Under the pieces are notes generated by a model, which saw only the letters and a program-made list of their open reading frames with translations, searched no databases and was not told the origin of the DNA. The position numbers were made by a program, and so were the translations under genes. From Myxococcota bacterium (lineage in GTDB: Bacteria > Myxococcota_A > UBA796 > CAJQPC01), in contig DASCPX010000189.1 of assembly GCA_036012755.1 (NCBI GenBank), positions 1 to 64,000 of the forward strand: a DNA stretch of 64,000 nucleotides. The letters run 5' to 3'. Shown in pieces: positions 60,657 to 64,000 of this stretch; position 1 is the first letter of the stretch; each line of letters starts with the position of its first letter.

Positions 60657-61730
60657 CTAGAAGCGGCCCGTGACGCCCAGCATGGCGCCGTCGTCTTCGA
60701 GGATGATGAACACGCCGGCGCCGCCGGCGATGGCCAGTCCGCCGACACCGAAGAGCGCCGCTGACTGGACCTTCCGAGGTCGGATCTCCTGTTCCCAGAG
60801 GCGCTTCGCCTCGGCCTCGTTCTCGGGGTCGATGAAGCCGTCTCCGTCGCCGTCGAGCGCTGAGTAGTGATCGTGGAACTCGAGGCCCTGGAGGCGGATG
60901 GCGGTCCCGGCACCCAGCGCGGCCACACCCACGCCGATGAGCGCGCTGCCGCCGGCGATCTTGCCGAGGTTCACGTCCCTGGGCTCTCTCTCGGGCTTGG
61001 GCGCGTCGGTGATGGGATCGGTGACGACCAGCTCGGTGGGCGCGTCGGAGGCGCCGGTCAGGTCCAACTCGACGCGAGCGGTCTTTCCCTCTTCGACGAC
61101 GACGTCGGCCTCGCGCGGGGGGAGGTCGTCCGCCGTGGCGCCGACGAGGTGCTTGCCCTTGGGGACCTCTGGGATGGTCGTCGGCCCGGTGGCGACCTCG
61201 CTGCCGTCGAGGAAGACCTTTGCGTCGATCGGCGTCACGATGACGCTGAGGCTGCCAAAGCCCTCGAGGCCGAGCTCGACGTTGACGCTGTAGGCGCCAC
61301 CCATCTCGACCACGAACTCGCGCTCGTCCGTGAGGTAGCGGTCGGCCTTGGTGACCAGTGTGTGGCGGCCGCAGGACAGCTCGATAGCCGCCGGTGTCTC
61401 GATGAGGCTCCCGTCGAGACGGACGGCGGCCTCCGCCGGCGTCGCCGTGATCTGGGCGAAGCCGCCGAGGGGCTTGAGCTCCATGTCCAGCCGGGTCACG
61501 CCGTTGGCGCCGACGTCGGCGGAGCGCGTGTCGGAGAGACAGTCACCCTTGACCTGGATCATGTGAGTGCCTGCTGAGACCTGCACGGTCCCCGGGGCGG
61601 TCGCGCCGGAGGGCTGGCCGTCCACGAAGATCTCGCCGACCTGGTCCTTTGGCAGGGACACGAAGACGTCGCCGGTGTCCTGGGCGCGCGATTCAGGGCT
61701 CGTCAGCAGCAGGAGCGCAAGCGGTGTCAT
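60657..61730 (-). CDS. PEGA-domain protein (three repeats)
   Basis: IFVDG...GTHMIQV; TPAEAAVRLDG...GRHTL; TPIDAKVFLDG...GKHLV. Confidence 0.85.
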   Translation of the reverse strand: MTPLALLLLTSPESRAQDTGDVFVSLPKDQVGEIFVDGQPSGATAPGTVQVSAGTHMIQVKGDCLSDTRSADVGANGVTRLDMELKPLGGFAQITATPAEAAVRLDGSLIETPAAIELSCGRHTLVTKADRYLTDEREFVVEMGGAYSVNVELGLEGFGSLSVIVTPIDAKVFLDGSEVATGPTTIPEVPKGKHLVGATADDLPPREADVVVEEGKTARVELDLTGASDAPTELVVTDPITDAPKPEREPRDVNLGKIAGGSALIGVGVAALGAGTAIRLQGLEFHDHYSALDGDGDGFIDPENEAEAKRLWEQEIRPRKVQSAALFGVGGLAIAGGAGVFIILEDDGAMLGVTGRF

Positions 61731-61827
61731 CGCGCATTACTGGCACGCCACGGCGAGATTGACAAGTGCCCCGGCGGCTACACTCCGCGTTTCGCGGCGT
61801 TTCGGCTCAGGCCGCGAAGGAGACCGC

Positions 61828-62229
61828 ATGACCCCGTTCAAGATCCGCGACCGGCTCAAGCGCTTGCTCGGGCTGGAGTCCACCGGGAGGTCACCCGACG
61901 CCGGGCCTCCCTCGCCCCGCGAGAAGGTGACCCTGATCCTGGTCGATGGAGACGGAAACGAGCAGACCGCGGAGGGTGGCGCGGGGGACACCCTCCTGTT
62001 CATCAGCGGCAAGATGAAGAAGCCCATCGGCACCGGCTGCAACGACAGCGGCTGCTCCACCTGTCGCGTCGACGTCCTCGAAGGTGCGGAGAGCCTCGCT
62101 CGTCAGGACAGGCGGGAGCGGGGCACCCTCGCGAGGCACGGCCACCCCAAGACGATGCGGCTGGCCTGCCGAGCGGAGCTCCAGAAGGGCACGGTCAAGG
62201 TGCGAGCCCACGAGTTCCTCGAGCTCTAG
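61828..62229 (+). CDS. [2Fe-2S] ferredoxin
   Basis: AAGGAG ribosome-binding site; GCNDSGCSTCRV...RLAC. Confidence 0.85.
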   Translation: MTPFKIRDRLKRLLGLESTGRSPDAGPPSPREKVTLILVDGDGNEQTAEGGAGDTLLFISGKMKKPIGTGCNDSGCSTCRVDVLEGAESLARQDRRERGTLARHGHPKTMRLACRAELQKGTVKVRAHEFLEL

Positions 62230-62630
62230 TCCTCGACGAGGTCGATCTGGCCGGCGCAGGGGGAGTCGAAGCTCTCCCAGCGGCCGCTGAGGCTGTCTCC
62301 GCGCTGCACCAGCTCGAAGTCCCCGTGGCGCCAGGTCGTGGTGTCGGTCTCGTGGACCACCTCGATGCCGACCTGGCGAAGGCTCAGGACGTCCTCGTCC
62401 CAGCGGCCCTCGACCACGTAGTTCGCCCTGTAGACACCCCGACGATCGCCGGTGGAGACGTAGAAGTAGTTTCCTCGTACCGCGCCGTCCTCGTCGGGGG
62501 CCTCGAGCACCAGCGTGACGTCACCCGAGATGCAGGTGCTCTCGTCGATCGTGACGGTGCCCTCCCATGTGCGCTCCGGGACGAAGGTCTCGGGAATGGA
62601 GTAGGCGGCGAGGAGCGTGGCGAGGAGCAT
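62226..62630 (-). CDS. Small secreted beta-rich hypothetical protein
   Basis: GGAGG ribosome-binding site; MLLATLLAA; WEG...LSGRW. Confidence 0.7.
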   Translation of the reverse strand: MLLATLLAAYSIPETFVPERTWEGTVTIDESTCISGDVTLVLEAPDEDGAVRGNYFYVSTGDRRGVYRANYVVEGRWDEDVLSLRQVGIEVVHETDTTTWRHGDFELVQRGDSLSGRWESFDSPCAGQIDLVED

Positions 62631-62680
62631 GGACGGACCCTCCGTTGAACTCTCCGACAACGCCTCGACGTCGCGGTTCG

Positions 62681-63166
62681 TTACAGCGGCAGGTCCGTGT
62701 CCGGGAAGAACAGGATCTGGATGCCCTTGATGAGGGCGTAGGCGCCGACGACACCGGTGGCGCTTCCGGCGATGCCCCCGAGGAGCGCGGCTCGGGTCGT
62801 GCGTCGCTTGCCGGTCTCCTGGTAGCCGTAGAGGTAGCCGGCCCGGTACTGCTCCTCTCGCTGTTCCCAGGGCCCTGGTTCCGGGATCGGGGGGTTGGAC
62901 GAGGCCGCGACCGGTGGGACGATGCACCCCGCGACCGCCAGCGGCGATCCGCAGATCCCACAGCTGAAGGTGGCGGTGCCGGCGATGACCAGCCCCGCCG
63001 CGCCGCCCAGCACGGCCGGCCTGAGCACGCTGCGCCCCTCCGCGTCCTGGCGCCCATCGACGTAGCCCTGCTCGTACTCTGTGATCGCCCTGGCCGAGCA
63101 CGTCAGCGTGTAGGGATTGGTCTCCGGGAGTCCCGCGAGGGCTCCGCCGACGAGGAGCAGAAGCAT
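62681..63166 (-). CDS. Hypothetical membrane protein
   Basis: Signal peptide, [12 protein letters not shown], hydrophobic Gly-rich helices. Confidence 0.7.
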   Translation of the reverse strand: MLLLLVGGALAGLPETNPYTLTCSARAITEYEQGYVDGRQDAEGRSVLRPAVLGGAAGLVIAGTATFSCGICGSPLAVAGCIVPPVAASSNPPIPEPGPWEQREEQYRAGYLYGYQETGKRRTTRAALLGGIAGSATGVVGAYALIKGIQILFFPDTDLPL

Positions 63167-63216
63167 GCAGGGAAGGCTACTCGGTAATCTCGGCCCATCC
63201 CAAGTCTGGAGCCCCC

Positions 63217-64000
63217 GTGGCCTACGAGAAGTTCACCGTCAAGGCCGTAGAGGCCATCGCAGAGGCTCAGCGCATCGCTGGGCGCCTCGGCAATCCGGAG
63301 ATCAGACCCGCTCACCTCCTCCTGGCTCTTCTGGAGCAGGACAAGGGCGTCGTCCCGAACATCATCTCCCGCGTCGGCGCCGACCCGCGGACAGTGGAAC
63401 AGGGCGCGGCCCAGATCGTGGACGCCCTGTCGAAGGTCAGCGGCGGCGCGAAGGCCGACATGTCTCGCGAGCTGCAGAAGGCGCTCGAGATCGCCGAGAA
63501 GACCTCGCGCCGGTACAAGGACACCCACGTCGCCAGCGAGATGCTCCTGCTGGGCCTCGAGAAGGCCAAGAGCAAGACCAGGCAGCTGCTGCACGATCAT
63601 GGTCTCAGCGAGGATCGGCTCGTCAGCGCGATCGAGGCGCTTCGCGGCGGCCAGAACGTCGACGGCCGAGAGGCCGAGGGCAACTACGAGGCCCTCGAGA
63701 AGTACACGCGCGACCTCACCCAGGACGCTGCCGACGGCAAGATCGATCCCATCATCGGGCGCGACGAGGAGATCCGTCGCACTCTGCAGGTGCTCTCTCG
63801 ACGGACGAAGAACAACCCGATCCTCATCGGCGAGCCCGGTGTCGGAAAGACGGCGATCGTCGAGGGCATCGCCCAGCGCATCGCCAAGGACGACGTGCCC
63901 GAGTCCCTCAAGGACAAGATGGTCCTGTCCCTGGACCTCGCCGCGCTGGTCGCCGGGGCCAAGTTCCAGGGGGAGTTCGAAGAGCGACTCAAGACCGTCC
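63217..64000 (+). CDS. clpB: ATP-dependent chaperone ClpB, 5' part (runs off the window)
   Basis: GTG 63217 [65 protein letters not shown]. Confidence 0.92.
   Translation, partial: MAYEKFTVKAVEAIAEAQRIAGRLGNPEIRPAHLLLALLEQDKGVVPNIISRVGADPRTVEQGAAQIVDALSKVSGGAKADMSRELQKALEIAEKTSRRYKDTHVASEMLLLGLEKAKSKTRQLLHDHGLSEDRLVSAIEALRGGQNVDGREAEGNYEALEKYTRDLTQDAADGKIDPIIGRDEEIRRTLQVLSRRTKNNPILIGEPGVGKTAIVEGIAQRIAKDDVPESLKDKMVLSLDLAALVAGAKFQGEFEERLKTV

Overview
GC-rich bacterial chromosome segment, most likely from a Myxococcota-type organism. This is inferred from the PEGA, AgmX/PglI, MopE-type Cys/Asp-repeat, FG-GAP and Gly-rich lipoprotein content. About 55 real genes are present; most other six-frame ORFs are high-GC shadows. 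The strongest novelty candidate is at 707-5195: two paralogous small proteins, each with a lipobox (LxGC), repeated (P/V/A)-C-L-(S/E/K) motifs and a shared C-terminal LPxDV tail. They are coupled to a radical SAM/SPASM enzyme and to a B12-radical SAM + PIMT-like + HExxH triple fusion, suggesting a multi-core RiPP or modified-lipoprotein system. Other content: an arsS-arsM arsenosugar-type pair; a MocR regulator divergent from a Na+/solute symporter; ahcY divergent from a SahR-like regulator with a palindromic operator; an orphan DNA methyltransferase; a MoxR/DUF58/ABC operon; and a ~13.6 kb ion-homeostasis cluster (SLC12-like cotransporter, CPA2, TrkA, TrkH, a 1493-aa CPA2 fused to a degenerate NTPase, MscS, two cNMP-binding proteins). 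An ECF sigma/anti-sigma pair and the 5' part of clpB lie near the end. Three patterns recur across the window: ultra-short signal peptides with no basic n-region, TAnnnT boxes 6-10 nt upstream of start codons (possible leaderless mRNAs), and at least five truncation or deletion scars. No rRNA, tRNA, CRISPR array or transposase was recognised. All calls are from motif recognition by eye; no searches were run.
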